Source of the DNA: Macrostomum hystrix
Lineage: Eukaryota; Animalia; Platyhelminthes
Assembly (NCBI GenBank): GCA_950097015.1
Contig: CATNEN010000003.1
Coordinates: 15,066,001 to 15,130,000, forward strand
Direction of reading: 5' to 3'
Length of the DNA stretch: 64,000 nucleotides
Made by a program: the position numbers and the translations under genes. Of this stretch, positions 25,415 to 37,810 are shown piece after piece. Position 1 is the first letter of the stretch. Each line of letters begins with the position of its first letter. Below the pieces are notes generated by a model, which saw only the letters and a list, made by a program, of their open reading frames with translations, had not been told where the DNA came from and did not search any database.

Positions 25415-26690
25415 TCGATTCTAGGAATCTCAAAGAATATCCGGTTCTAGGAATCTTCAAAAATATTCGATTCTAGGAATCTCAAAGAATATCCGGTTCT
25501 AGGAATCTTCAAAAATATTCGATTCTAGGAATCTCAAAGAATATCCGGTTCTAGGAATCTTCAAAAATATTCGATTCTAGGAATCTCAAAGAATATCCGG
25601 TTCTAGGAATCTTCAAAAATATCCGATTCTAGGAATCTCAAAGAATATCCGGTTCTAGGAATCTTCAAAAATATTCGATTCTAGGAATCTCAAAGAATAT
25701 CCGGTTCTAGGAATCTTCAAAAATATTCGATTCTAGGAATCTCAAAGAATATCCGGTTCTAGGAATCTTCAAAAATATTCGATTCTAGGAATCTCAAAGA
25801 ATATCCGGTTCTAGGAATCTTCAAAAATATTCGATTCTAGGAATCTCAAAGAATATCCGGTTCTAGGAATCTTCAAAAATATTCGATTCTAGGAATCTCA
25901 AAGAATATCCGGTTCTAGGAATCTCTAAGAATATCCGGTTCTAGGAATCTTCAAAAATATCCGATTCTAGGAATCTCAAAGAATATCCGGTTCTAGGAAT
26001 CTCTAAGAATATCCGGTTCTAGGAATCTTCAAAAATATCCGATTCTAGGAATCTCAAAGAATATCCGGTTCTAGGAATCTCTAAGAATATCCGGTTCTAG
26101 GAATCTCTAAGAATATCCGATTCTAGGAATCTCTAAGAATATCCGATTCTAGGAATCTCTAAGAATATCCGATTCTAGGAATCTCTAAGAATATCCGGTT
26201 CTAGGAATCTCAAAGAATATCCGGTTCTAGGAATCTCTAAGAATATCCGGTTCTAGGAATCTCTAAGAATATCCGATTCTAGGAATCTCTAAGAATATCC
26301 GATTCTAGGAATCTCTAAGAATATCCGGTTCTAGGAATCTCTAAGAATATCCGATTCTTGGAATCTCTAAGAATATCCGATTCTAGGAATCTTTAAGAAT
26401 ATCCGGTTCTAGGAATCCTATGATTCTAGGAATCCCATAATTCTAGGAATCCCACGATTCTAGGAATCCCACGATTCTAGGAATCCCATGATTCTAGGAA
26501 TCCCATAATTCTAGGAATCCCATGATTCTAGGAATCCCATGATTCTAGGAATCCCATAATTCTAGGAATCCCACGATTCTAGGAATCCCATGATTCTAGG
26601 AATCCCATGATTCTAGGAATCCCACGATTCTAGGAATCCCACGATTCTAGGAATCCCATGATTCTAGGAATCCCATGACTCTAGGAAGCA
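25415..26690. repeat. 26-bp (52-bp dimer) minisatellite TTCTAGGAATCT..., switching to a 17-bp unit TTCTAGGAATCCCAYGA at ~26410
   Basis: Periods read directly. Confidence 0.95.
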
Positions 26691-27619
26691 CCGATTCTAT
26701 GAGTCTTTAGTTCTAGAAAAAGTCATCTGAAATGCAGAATTATATGAAACTCACCTAAAAAGTTAATATATTCGCTACGCCGTGTGCTTTTTAATATTTT
26801 TAGTTGCCGCTGAAGACAAGACTTCTTCTTTCAGGTAATTTATTCTGTAGTGGAAGCGTTGGTGGATGAGGTAATTAATGCTCAGTATTTTTGTGCGCTA
26901 GTAGCAATTCAAACAGCTAAAAAAATATTTCACACAGTATAAAAATGACAACGCCACTCGAGAATTTTGATACTTTTCATATTAAAATTCCAACTAAAAA
27001 CTAATTCTTTTCAAGATCTTCAAACTCAAAAAGTCGAGTCGGGGTACCTGTTGCTCATTGCTTGTTGACTTTTTTCGATGCTTTAAAAATGTGCATTCAG
27101 CTTAGCTAGCTAATTTGAATGCTTTTTATTGTCCATGTACAGGCTGACTGGTTGGCAAACAATTTAGCTAGCCTATTAGAATCTTTGCATTCAAAATTGC
27201 TGAAATTTATTTTATAAAATGTACACTCCTACGAGAGAAAGATGAATTAGAAGAGACGACAGAAGAGCGACTGGAATCTAGCAAAGAAACTGTGTTGCAT
27301 TTGTGTGTTGTGCAATGAAACTCGCAGTATTGAAGTATGGAACTAGCTGGCTGCACGGCTATCCTCATGATATTTACATTGGCAATAATTCTGGTGCCTT
27401 TACTGGTTGAAACAAACAGATAATTTCTAGCTGCGTCTGACTTTTTTTGACGAAAATAAACAGTCAACCTTATCCCTCAAGCGTTATCTTACAATATAAT
27501 AGCATCATAGCCGCCAGTACTTTAGGTTTATTCAACCGTAAAACACTGCAGCTTGTTTGATCCATAAAGTGAACAGAAATCTCTAACTAAAGCTATGGCA
27601 ATGTTTACATTTTCTTTCT

Positions 27620-29255
27620 CTCTCCCATTCTGTCTCCCATTCACTCTACGATTCTGTCTCCCATTCACTCTACCATTCTGTCTCCCATTCACTCTACCAT
27701 TCTGTCTTCCTCATCTCACCCATTCTGTCTCCCATTCACTCTACCATTCTGTCTTCCTCATCTCACCCATTCTGTCTCCCATTCACTCTACCATTCTGTC
27801 TTCCTCATCTCACCCATTCTGTCTCCCATTCACTCTACCATTGTCTTCCTCATCTCACCCATTCTCTCTCCCATTCACTCTACAATTCTTTCTCCCATTC
27901 ACTCTACCATTCTGTCTTCCTCATCTCACCCATTCTGTCTCCCATTCACTCTACCATTCTGTCTTCCTCATCTCACCCATTCTGTCTCCCATTCACTCTA
28001 CCATTCTGTCTTCCTCATCTCACCCATTCTGTCTCCCATTCACTCTACCATTCTGTCTTCCTCATCTCACCCATTCTGTCTTCCTCATCTCACCCATTCT
28101 GTCTCCCATTCACTCTACCATTCTCTCTCATTCTCTCTCATTCTCTCTCATTCTCTCTCATTCTCTCTCATTCTCTCTCATTCTCTCTTATTCTCTCTCA
28201 TTCTCTCTCATTCTCTCTCATTCTCTCTTATTCTCTCTCATTCTCTCTCATTCTCTCTCATTCTCTCTTATTCTCTCTCATTCTCTCTCATTCTCTCTCA
28301 TTCTCTCTCATTCTCTCTCATTCTCTCTTATTCTCTCTCATTCTCTCTTATTCTCTCTCATTCTCTCTCATTCTCTCTCATTCTCTCTCATTCTCTCTCA
28401 TTCTCTCTTATTCTCTCTCATTCTCTCTCATTCTCTCTCATTCTCTCTTATTCTCTCTCATTCTCTCTCATTCTCTCTCATTCTCTCTTATTCTCTCTCA
28501 TTCTCTCTCATTCTCTCTCATTCTCTCTTATTCTCTCTTATTCTCTCTCATTCTCTCTCATTCTCTCTCATTCTCTCTCATTCTCTCTCATTCTCTCTTA
28601 TTCTCTCTCATTCTCTCTTATTCTCTCTCATTCTCTCTCATTCTCTCTCATTCTCTCTTATTCTCTCTCATTCTCTCTCATTCTCTCTCATTCTCTCTCA
28701 TTCTCTCTCATTCTCTCTCATTCTCTCTCATTCTCTCTTATTGTCTCTCATTCTCTCTCATTCTCTCTTATTGTCTCTCATTCTCTCTCATTCTCTCTCA
28801 TTCTCTCTCATTCTCTCTTATTGTCTCTCATTCTCTCTCATTCTCTCTCATTCTCTCTCATTCTCTCTCATTCTCTCTCATTCTCTCTCATTCTCTCTCA
28901 TTCTCTCTCATTCTCTCTCATTCTCTCTCATTCTCTCTTATTCTCTCTCATTCTCTCTCATTCTCTCTCATTCTCTCTTATTCTCTCTCATTCTCTCTCA
29001 TTCTCTCTCATTCTCTCTCATTCTCTCTTATTCTCTCTCATTCTCTCTCATTCTCTCTCATTCTCTCTTATTCTCTCTCATTCTCTCTCATTCTCTCTCA
29101 TTCTCTCTCATTCTCTCTCATTCTCTCTCATTCTCTCTCATTCTCTCTCATTCTCTCTTATTGTCTCTCATTCTCTCTCATTCTCTCTCATTCTCTCTCA
29201 TTCTCTCTCATTCTCTCTCATTCTCTCTCATTCTCTCTTATTCTCTCTCTCCCAT
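27620..29255. repeat. Polypyrimidine array: complex CCATTC repeats, then 10-bp (TTCTCTCTCA)n of ~110 copies
   Basis: Direct inspection. Confidence 0.97.
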
Positions 29256-30567
29256 TCTTTCCTATTTTTAGCACTTACCCCTTCAATATGTGGTACAGGT
29301 CTTCATATCGTTTCACCATTACAGTTGAAAATCAATCAATTTCGTCATCTTCATTTCTTCTACTAGATAGATAGAAAAACGGAAAAAAATCTTTTCGAAG
29401 TATTAACAAGGTAGGATAGTTCGCTTGTACAACAAAGTATTGCTCAACTATTGCGAAGAAATGTTATTCTACGTTAGGGTGCAATATATAAGGCCTCTTT
29501 CTGTGTCGCTTATCGAAAGCACGTCCACGTTTTGCCCGCCGTCTCTGCGAACTTCCTTTTTGTGTGTCAGTGTGTGTGTGCGTTTTCTCTCTCTTTCCCC
29601 TCCTATAGTTGGCGGTCTTTTGTTGCAATCTCGCTTGTGGGGTACAACGACAGGGGAGAGGGAGAGAGAAAGAGGAGATAAGGACAAAAATGGGAGAACG
29701 GTTATTCGTTGGTTGGCAGGCGGGGGTTGTCGTATAGTATCTAAAGAAATGAAATCCAATGAGAGACTGGCTTCGTATCGTCATCCCCCCACCGTATGAC
29801 CCCCATCCGTAAAATATCCCTAATCCTTCACTACATCCTACAATCTCTTTATTAATAGTTTGGTCAAATGGCAGTACTGTGACGCGTTGTAACTGCGTCG
29901 ATGCACTATTATGCTGCGTGTGGAAAAAGTTTTCTGGTTTAAATCTTAAAAACGCTTTTTTCCTCCAGTCTTCTTATCTTTTTACCAATTTTCTTCGTTT
30001 CTAGTGTACAAAGACTTACAGAATGAAAGAACTCTTTAAGCCGGAGGGAATTCTAGACATTTACGAAGGAAAAAATGAGATAGACGGAAAAAAACTATCA
30101 GATCTACTGAAAAACCTATGAGATCGACTTAAAAACGGTCTATGATATCTACTGAAAAATCGATGAGATCTACGGAAAAACCTATGAGATGTACTGAAAA
30201 ATCTATAAGATCTACGGATAGTCTATAAGATCTAGTGAAAAAAAACGATGAGATCTACTGAATAACCTGTGGGATTTTCCGAAAATGCCTACGAAAAAAT
30301 AACCCAGTCGAACCAAATCCAGTAAGAGAAACATTATCCGATTGGTGCCCGGAAAAAAGACAATGGAACAATAGATAGCAGTACGATGATTTAAAATAAT
30401 GCTATTGTCGATCAAATGAAAAGCAAGATGCTTTATGAGTAACAGATAGTGCTCACGACCGAGTAAAAAAAGCAACTTAAGCGAGAACGTGCCAAAAACA
30501 GAGATTATTGTTGAACTCTGTCATTAACTTGCCTTTCCTGTATCATTTAACTTCCCAAAAAATTATT

Positions 30568-30676
30568 CATCTATCTATCTATCTATCTATCTATCCATCT
30601 ATCTATCTATCTATCCATCTATCTATCTATCTATCCATCTATCTATCTATCTATCTATCTATCTAGCTATCTATCT
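30568..30676. repeat. (TATC)n microsatellite
   Basis: Direct inspection. Abuts the Gypsy fragment. Confidence 0.95.
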
Positions 30677-30699
30677 GAGTTGAGTTGAATCAGCACGTA

Positions 30700-32700
30700 T
30701 CTAGCCAAACTGCCGATAGCGTCGTCTGCGGAGCAAAAATTCGCGACTGGAGGCGACGCGGCGAGAATGCCAGCGTCATTGACCTGCGAAAGGCCTATCT
30801 GCAGTTGAGAGTTGAGCCCTAGCTCTGGCGTTACCAGGTGGTGGAGTTCAAAGGCCGCCGCTACTGCCTAACGAGACTCGGCTTTGGCCTGAACGTGGCT
30901 CCGAGAATCATGACCGCGGTAGTCAACAGAGTGCTCTCTATGGAGGAGGACGTGCGCGCTGGCACCGACTCGTACATAGACGACATTATCGTGGCCAATG
31001 ACAGTGTCCCGAACGAACGCGTTCTGAATCTCCTATCACGCTTTGGGCTCGACGCAAAACCGCCTGAAAGTCTCATCGGAGGCCGGGTACTGGGTCTGCG
31101 CATCTTCCGCCGCGAAGACGGGGTCGCCTGCTGGAAGCGGAACAACGTTCTTTCTCACCTCGCAGTTTCTGCGACTCGGCGCCAGCTATTCTCCTGGTGC
31201 GGCCAATTGGTGGAACATTTCCCAGTTTCCGGATGGTTGCGCGTCGCCTGCAGCTACCTTAAGCGCGCCGCCGGGGGAGTCGCCTGGGAAGCCAATGTGA
31301 ACGAGTCCGTGATGCAGATGGCCCGCGAAGTCAGCAGAATGGTTCAAGAGCGCGATCCAGTGAGCGGCGTGTGGACAGTCGACGACGCCTCAACCTGCCG
31401 CGTCTGGTGCGACGCCAGCAGCATCGCAATCGGCGTATGTTTACAAGTCAGCGGTGTCATCGCAGAGGACGCATCATGGATTCGCAAGCCGGTCGACGCC
31501 GCCCACATAAACCTAGCCGAACTCGAAGCGGTCATCAAGGGTCTCAGTCTAGCCATTGCTTGGGGTTCAAAGAGAGTCCAAATCATGACCGACTCGGCAA
31601 CTGTGTACGGCTGGATTCGATCACGGTGATAAGCCCGTCAGGGTCAAGGGGCTGGGCGAAGCTCTAGCGAGGAGGCGGCTGGCTTTGATCAGGGACACGG
31701 CAGGAGAATGTGGCCTGGAGCTGGATGTGTCGCTGGTTGCCACCCTCGTTAAACAAGGCAGACGCGCTGACGCGAGTACCACAGCAGTGGGTGCGCCAGC
31801 GGCCTTTGTGTGCAGTAGCGCTACACCCTATCGACTCGGATCTCCGTGCGTGCCACGAGAAGCATCACTTCGGCGTGGACAGGACGCTCTACCTGGCCAA
31901 ACTGTGCCTCCCCGGGCGTGAGGTACTACGCGAAGAGGTCGAGCGCGTCGTGGCAAACTGCATCCGTTGCAAATCAGTGGATCCTGCGCGAGTGAATTGG
32001 GACCATGGTAGTCTCGAGGTGGACGCAAACTGGTTGGCGTTTGGCCTGCGACGTGACCCATTTCAAGGACGACCGCTATCTGTCGATTGTTGACTGCGGG
32101 CCGAGTAGATTCGCACTGTGGCGAAAACTCCCAGACGAGCGGACAGCTTCGATCATAGGGACACTCGTGCAAGTCTTCCGAGAGCGGGGCCCTGCCTAGC
32201 AGCTGCTTCTGGACAACTCGGCGACCTTCCGCTCTGCCGAGGTGCGTGCATTCTGCGAAGCATGGGGAGTGCAGCTCCTCTTCCGCTGCGCTCACCGGCC
32301 ATCGGGCAACGGGATAGTCGAGCGAAATCATCGGGCGATCAAGCGGATGGCATCCAGAACCGGCAAGGACGTGGACGGACATGGTATTCTGGTACAATAT
32401 GGCTCCGAAGGATGGTACTCGGGAGTGCAGCGTGCCCAGCAGAATGCTCAGCACTTATGACTGGAAACCGCCCATGTTGTCTCTCCCCGAGGCCTCTGAG
32501 ACACCGGAGTCAAACCCTGCCCTGCCGTTCGGAACGGAAGTGTTCGTCAAGCCGCCGGCCGTCAGGTGTACCGACGAGTGGCCAAGGGGGGCGCGTGACA
32601 GGCCAGAGACAATGGGCTACAGTGGAGGTCGATGGACTTCCCCGTCACATTGCTGATGTCCGGCCGGCCCCAGGCTCGCAACCAACGAATAAAGCGGGTG
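30700..32700 (+). mobile_element. Degenerate Ty3/Gypsy-type LTR retrotransposon pol fragment (RT - RNase H - integrase)
   Basis: RT motifs DLRKAYLQ, YCLTRLGFGLNVAP, YIDD. RNase H motifs WCDAS, HINLAELEAV, TDS. Integrase Zn motif HHFGVDRT..CIRC and core RLACDVTH/IVDCGPSRF/DNSATF/GNGIVERNHRAIK. In-frame stops (~30820, ~32197) and frameshifts. GC-rich island. No gag or 5' LTR seen. Confidence 0.9.
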
Positions 32701-32784
32701 CTGTGATAGGAGGAACTGTAATTAATACTGCTGCTGCGTCAGTTAGCTTTCCACTGTAAGCCATACTTTTGCATTTTCTCTCAA

Positions 32785-33525
32785 CTGTCACCCCACTGTC
32801 ACTCGACAGCTTTCACTGTCACTCCAGTGCCTTCCCTGTTACTCCACTGTCGCTCCACCGTCACTCCACTGTCACTCCACTGTCACTCCACCGTCACTCC
32901 ACCGTCACTCGACAGCTTTCCTTGTCACTCCAGTGCCTTTTCTGTCACTCCAGGGCCTTCCCTGTTACTCCACTGTCGCTCCACCGTCACTTCACTGTCA
33001 ATCCACTGTCACTCCACCGTCCCTCCACCGTCACTCGACGGCCTTCCCTGTCACCCCAGCGCCTTCCCAGTGCCTTCCCTGTCACCCCAGTGCCTTCCCA
33101 GTGCCTTCCCTGTCACCTCAGTGCCTTCCCTGTCACCTCAGTGCCTTCCCTGTCACCTCAGTGCCTTCCCTGTCACCTCAGTGCCTTCCCTGTCACCTCA
33201 GTGCCTTCCCTGTCACCTCAGTGCCTTCCCTGTCACCTCAGTGCCTTCCCTGTCACCTCAGTGCCTTCCCTGTCACCTCAGTGCCTTCCCTGTCACCTCA
33301 GTGCCTTCCCAGTGCCTTCCCTGTCACCTCAGTGCCTTCCCTGTCACCTCAGTGCCTTCCCAGTGCCTTCCCTGTCACCTCAGTGCCTTCCCAGTGCCTT
33401 CCCTGTCACTCTAGTGGCTTGCCTGTGCCTTCCCTGTCACTTCACTGTCACTCCACTGTCACTCCTCCGTCACTCGACAGCCTTTCCTGTCACTCCACTG
33501 TCACTCCACTGCCTTCCCTGTTACC
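32785..33525. repeat. 20-bp minisatellite (CAGTGCCTTCCCTGTCACCT) with degenerate flanks
   Basis: Direct inspection. Confidence 0.92.
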
Positions 33526-34024
33526 CCACTTGCTATCCGCAATCAGGTTAAGTTCACCTTTATCATGCACTATAACACAGCATTCCAACAGTTCGCCAGG
33601 CCTTCAATTAGGATCATATCAGCTGGTTGTTAAAGCTGAACGTTTACTGCCAGACAAAATATGCTTGAAGATATTTTATTTTCAGTTTTTTTTTAACTCG
33701 GTCGTTCTGTGGCGCCTCCGTCTTCGAACCAGACGAAAGTTAATGGCTTTTAACGAGCATATTTCCGTCTGCTAGCACACGAATCTGCTTTCTATCTCCA
33801 CCTCTCCATCCCTTCAAGCCTTTACGAACTTGTTTACTGGTAATGGGATATTCGATTTCATACCAGTGCGTTCGGGAAATAAATGCGAACTTTACAATTC
33901 TCCAACATGCCTACTTAAAGCAGATATGTAAACAAGTTTTTAGCCGATTTTACGTAAAATACAGCCGCGATGTATGCCTCTGTTACTGTTAAACCTGAGT
34001 TTCCTGAGACGCATGAGAGTCAAT

Positions 34025-35398
34025 TCATCACCAAGGTGTGTCACTCCATCACCCCAGTGTGTCACTCATTCACCAAGGTGTGTGACTCCTTCACCAAGGT
34101 GTTACTCCATCACCCCAGTGTGTCACTCCTTCACCAAGGTGCGTGACTCCTTCACCAAGGTGTTACTCCATCACCCCAGTGTGTCACTCCTTCACCAAGG
34201 TGTGTCACTCCTTCACCAAGGTGTGTCACTCCTTCACCAAGGTGTGTCACTCCTTCACCAAGGTGTGTCACTCCTTCACCAAGGTGTGTTACTCCTTCAC
34301 CAAGGTGTGTTACTCCTTCACCATGGTGTCACTCCTTCACCAAGGTGGGTCACTCCTTCACCAAGGTGTGTTACTCCTTCACCAAGGTGTGTCACTCCTT
34401 CACCAAGGTGGGTCACTCCTTCACCAAGGTGTGTCACTCCTTCACCAAGGTGTGTCACTCCTTCACCAAGGTGTGTCACTCCTTCACCAAGGTGTGTCAC
34501 TCCTTCACCAAGGTGTGTTACTCCTTCACCAAGGTGTGTTACTCCTTCACCATGGTGTCACTCCTTCACCAAGGTGGGTCACTCCTTCACCAAGGTGTGT
34601 CACTCCTTCACCAAGGTGTGTCACTCCTTCACCAAGGTGTGTCACTCCTTCACCAAGGTGTGTCACTCCTTCACCAAGGTGTGTTACTCCTTCACCAATG
34701 TGTCACTCCTTCACCAAGGTGTGTTACTCCTTCACCATGGTGTCACTCCTTCACCAAGGTGGGTCACTCCTTCACCAAGGTGTGTTACTCCTTCACCAAG
34801 GTGTGTCACTCCTTCACCAAGGTGTGTTACTCCTTCACCATGGTGTCACTCCTTCACCAAGGTGGGTCACTCCTTCACCAAGGTGTGTTACTCCTTCACC
34901 AAGGTGTGTCACTCCTTCACCAAGGTGTGTTACTCCTTCACCAAGGTGTTACTCCTTTACCAAAGTGTGTCACTCCTTCACCAAGGTGTGTTACTCCTTC
35001 ACCAAGGTGTTACTCCTTTACCAAAGTGTGTCACTCCTTCACCAAGGTGTGTTACTCCTTCACCAAGGTGTTACTCCTTTACCAAAGTGTGTCACTCCTT
35101 CACCAAGGTGTGTTACTCCTTCACCAAGGTGTTACTCCTTTACCAAAGTGTGTCACTCCTTCACCAAGGTATGTTACTCCTTCACCAAAGTGTGTCACTC
35201 CATCACCCCATCGGTCACTCTATCACGCCAGTGTGTCACTCTATCACCCCAGTGTGTCACTCTATCACCCCAGTGTGTCACTCTATCACCCCAGTGTGTC
35301 ACTCTATCACCCCAGTGTGTCACTCTATCACCCCAGTGTGTCACTCTATCACCCCAGTGTGTCACTCCTTCATCCCAGTGCGTCACTCCTTTACCCCA
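34025..35398. repeat. 21-bp minisatellite (TCACTCCTTCACCAAGGTGTG)
   Basis: Direct inspection. Confidence 0.95.
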
Positions 35399-35947
35399 GA
35401 ATAACCTTCCTTCACCAATGTGTCCATCGATTTCAAAACTGTTGCATCCATGTCTCTCATAGTTCAATAAAATGTCTTCAGGTTTTGTTTCTCCGAAGCC
35501 TTCTGTCATGTCGCACTATTACTCGCTCTGCTTATCGCTGAAGGGATTTACAACAATCCTTGATATGCCAAAGCAATCTCAAATTTAGCTACTCATTAAG
35601 CTCAACTGTTAGCAAATCTTCAGCTCAAAACTCTGAACTTGACAATCACTAGAAGACCGAGCCATGCATGGGGTGGCCCAAAAAATTCTCATTTGCTAGC
35701 CAAAAGCCCCAAATCTACAAATAGGATATGACTGCTACGCTCGTATATCTGCTGTGCAAATAATACAAGGCTAGTTTTTGGGCTCAGATGAAGATAGTAC
35801 TATCGGAGAACTAACAAACTCCCTATCAAGCTTATTAAAAATTGGGACTTTGCTAAGCTAATACAACGAAAAATACATATAAAACCTGTGAATGACTTCA
35901 CCTTCATTGAAAAATCGTTTGTATTTCGGCCTAGAGACAAATTTAGC

Positions 35948-37810
35948 ATGCCGGAATTGGACGCCCGCCAAAAGTCTTCTGAAATTCGGTCCGCCATGAT
36001 GGAGCTACTGTACGCGCGTCGCTTCAACGACTTCATCGTCGGCATGGAGAAGCTTACACCGCGTCAGCTGCTCCGACTGTTGCGTCCGTCAGCTGAAGCT
36101 CTCCTTCCCTACTCTTTGAGCAGTCCGCTGCGCCAGTCTGCTCAGCTCAGCCTGCCCGATGATCTAGTTGTAACGCCCATGCTCGAGTTGTGCGTCACTG
36201 GCAACCGCCGGGTTGTGTCGCGCGCCATCGAGCTGCTGCACAGAGCCTCCAGCGGCGACGACGCCTGCCCTGCTCTGAGACCGACCCTCTTCCAGCTGGT
36301 GGACTTCTGCTGCTGCAGCAGCTTTCGCAGTCGGGTTGATCGCGACCTGGAAGCTGAAGAGCTAGTTGAAGAGCGCCTGGCACAGCTGTTCACTCGTGTG
36401 GCCGTCGACCAGCCGAGGCGTTGTCGCGAGATGCTCACTGAGGAGGCCACAACCAGCCGGTTGAGACCGGTTGAGTACGCCGCCCTGTGGCGCAAGTTTC
36501 ACCTGGCCAGAGTCTACCTAGAGTCGCCTGGTCCCATTTGGACTACAGTTCAAAATGAGCGCTTGGCCATAGACGAGTTCAACCTGACGTCCTATCACTG
36601 GGTCGACGGGGAGCGACTCGTTAAGTCGCCCTTCCTATTCTTCACGCTGTCGCATGAGCACAACGGCTCAGACAGTCGAATAGGGAAAAGTCGGTCCAGA
36701 TTCTTTGAAAGCCCGGTGTCTCGAGCCTACTTTAACGCCATGCATTCCCTGGCACCCAAGGAGCAGCACGCATTCGTGCAGACTTTTATCCTCATGGGGG
36801 CGTACTTTCTCACCTTGGTAACCATGACAACGCGCATATTCACCAGAGGCGAATTCAACACTAGCAATGTGGCTCAGGTGTCAGGTCTAAATAGTACTCA
36901 CCTGGTGTACCTGACGCAGCTATCACAGACTACACTCACAGCAATGCAGTGGCTGTTCTATTTACGGTTCGCTATGCAAATCATGACGATACTGTTTTCC
37001 GTGTTTTTCATGACGGAGTCCTTCTGCAGCAATCTTCTCCTGCCAAAGCCGATACGCCGTCAAGCTCTGCCCCTGCAATGGCTACTCAGTTTTCTAACGC
37101 TTGGCAATGCCACAGACAGTCTGCTTGTGAGTAGTTTGTTCTTAAACCTGGCAATGATTAGCATTGAGGCCGCGTTCATCCACACGGGCAGTTTCTACAC
37201 GATGGAGAATGGCCAGCTGTTGGTCGATTCCAACTCGCTGAAGACTCTGTACTCCGCCTTCATGCTGATGCTGCTGCAAACTCTAATCTTAATCGTGGGC
37301 AATTTGGCTTATTATTATGAGATCTTTGCTCACATCCTAATCGGCATGCAGCAGTCGATAAAGATTCTGTACATCGGCTTCTTTCCCGTGGTGCTATTCA
37401 GCGTCACCGTACTGATCAGCTACCCCTACTTGCCGGAGAGTTCTACCAGCGAAGCGACCATTCTGGCCGACTATATTGTGTCTACTTGTCGATTCATCTT
37501 CGGTCAATCTGATTTCATGGACCACGGAGCTCAGCTGTTGTTGATCTGGGTGCAACCTGTCTATTACGTGTTCATCGCTGTGTTTCTACTTAACTTCTGT
37601 GTGGCTCTCATGACACAGAAGATCTCGGAGATGGATGCAAGCGTTGAATATCGTCAACAAATTCAACTGTCTGGTGTTTGGCACCTGCACTGCCTGGCCG
37701 TGCATCACATCAAGTCTGTTTTGTGCGGCTCGAATGGCAAGAAAGACAAACTGGTGATCAGGAAGGAGCGAACACGGACTGTGGCCTTGCTGTCGTACAG
37801 TGACAACTAA
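35948..37810 (+). CDS. Intronless divergent TRP-family (TRPV-like) cation channel, ~620 aa
   Basis: Uninterrupted non-repetitive ORF (open from 35888, first ATG 35948). Ankyrin-like TPMLELCVTGNRRVV. About 6 hydrophobic segments. Pore-helix-like YIVSTCRFIFGQSDF. S6-like VFIAVFLLNFCVALM followed by a TRP-helix-like EYRQQIQL. Confidence 0.7.
   Translation: MPELDARQKSSEIRSAMMELLYARRFNDFIVGMEKLTPRQLLRLLRPSAEALLPYSLSSPLRQSAQLSLPDDLVVTPMLELCVTGNRRVVSRAIELLHRASSGDDACPALRPTLFQLVDFCCCSSFRSRVDRDLEAEELVEERLAQLFTRVAVDQPRRCREMLTEEATTSRLRPVEYAALWRKFHLARVYLESPGPIWTTVQNERLAIDEFNLTSYHWVDGERLVKSPFLFFTLSHEHNGSDSRIGKSRSRFFESPVSRAYFNAMHSLAPKEQHAFVQTFILMGAYFLTLVTMTTRIFTRGEFNTSNVAQVSGLNSTHLVYLTQLSQTTLTAMQWLFYLRFAMQIMTILFSVFFMTESFCSNLLLPKPIRRQALPLQWLLSFLTLGNATDSLLVSSLFLNLAMISIEAAFIHTGSFYTMENGQLLVDSNSLKTLYSAFMLMLLQTLILIVGNLAYYYEIFAHILIGMQQSIKILYIGFFPVVLFSVTVLISYPYLPESSTSEATILADYIVSTCRFIFGQSDFMDHGAQLLLIWVQPVYYVFIAVFLLNFCVALMTQKISEMDASVEYRQQIQLSGVWHLHCLAVHHIKSVLCGSNGKKDKLVIRKERTRTVALLSYSDN

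Noticed and set aside
29540-29830. Possible TE-end or promoter-like segment (similar in style to 38840-39110 and 46380-46730)
   Set aside because: No TIR, TSD or alignable homology could be established by eye.
27595-35541. Long Ser/Leu-rich and (VTPSPRC)n ORFs at 27.6-29.4 kb and 32.8-35.5 kb
   Set aside because: Low-complexity repeat translations open in several frames at once.
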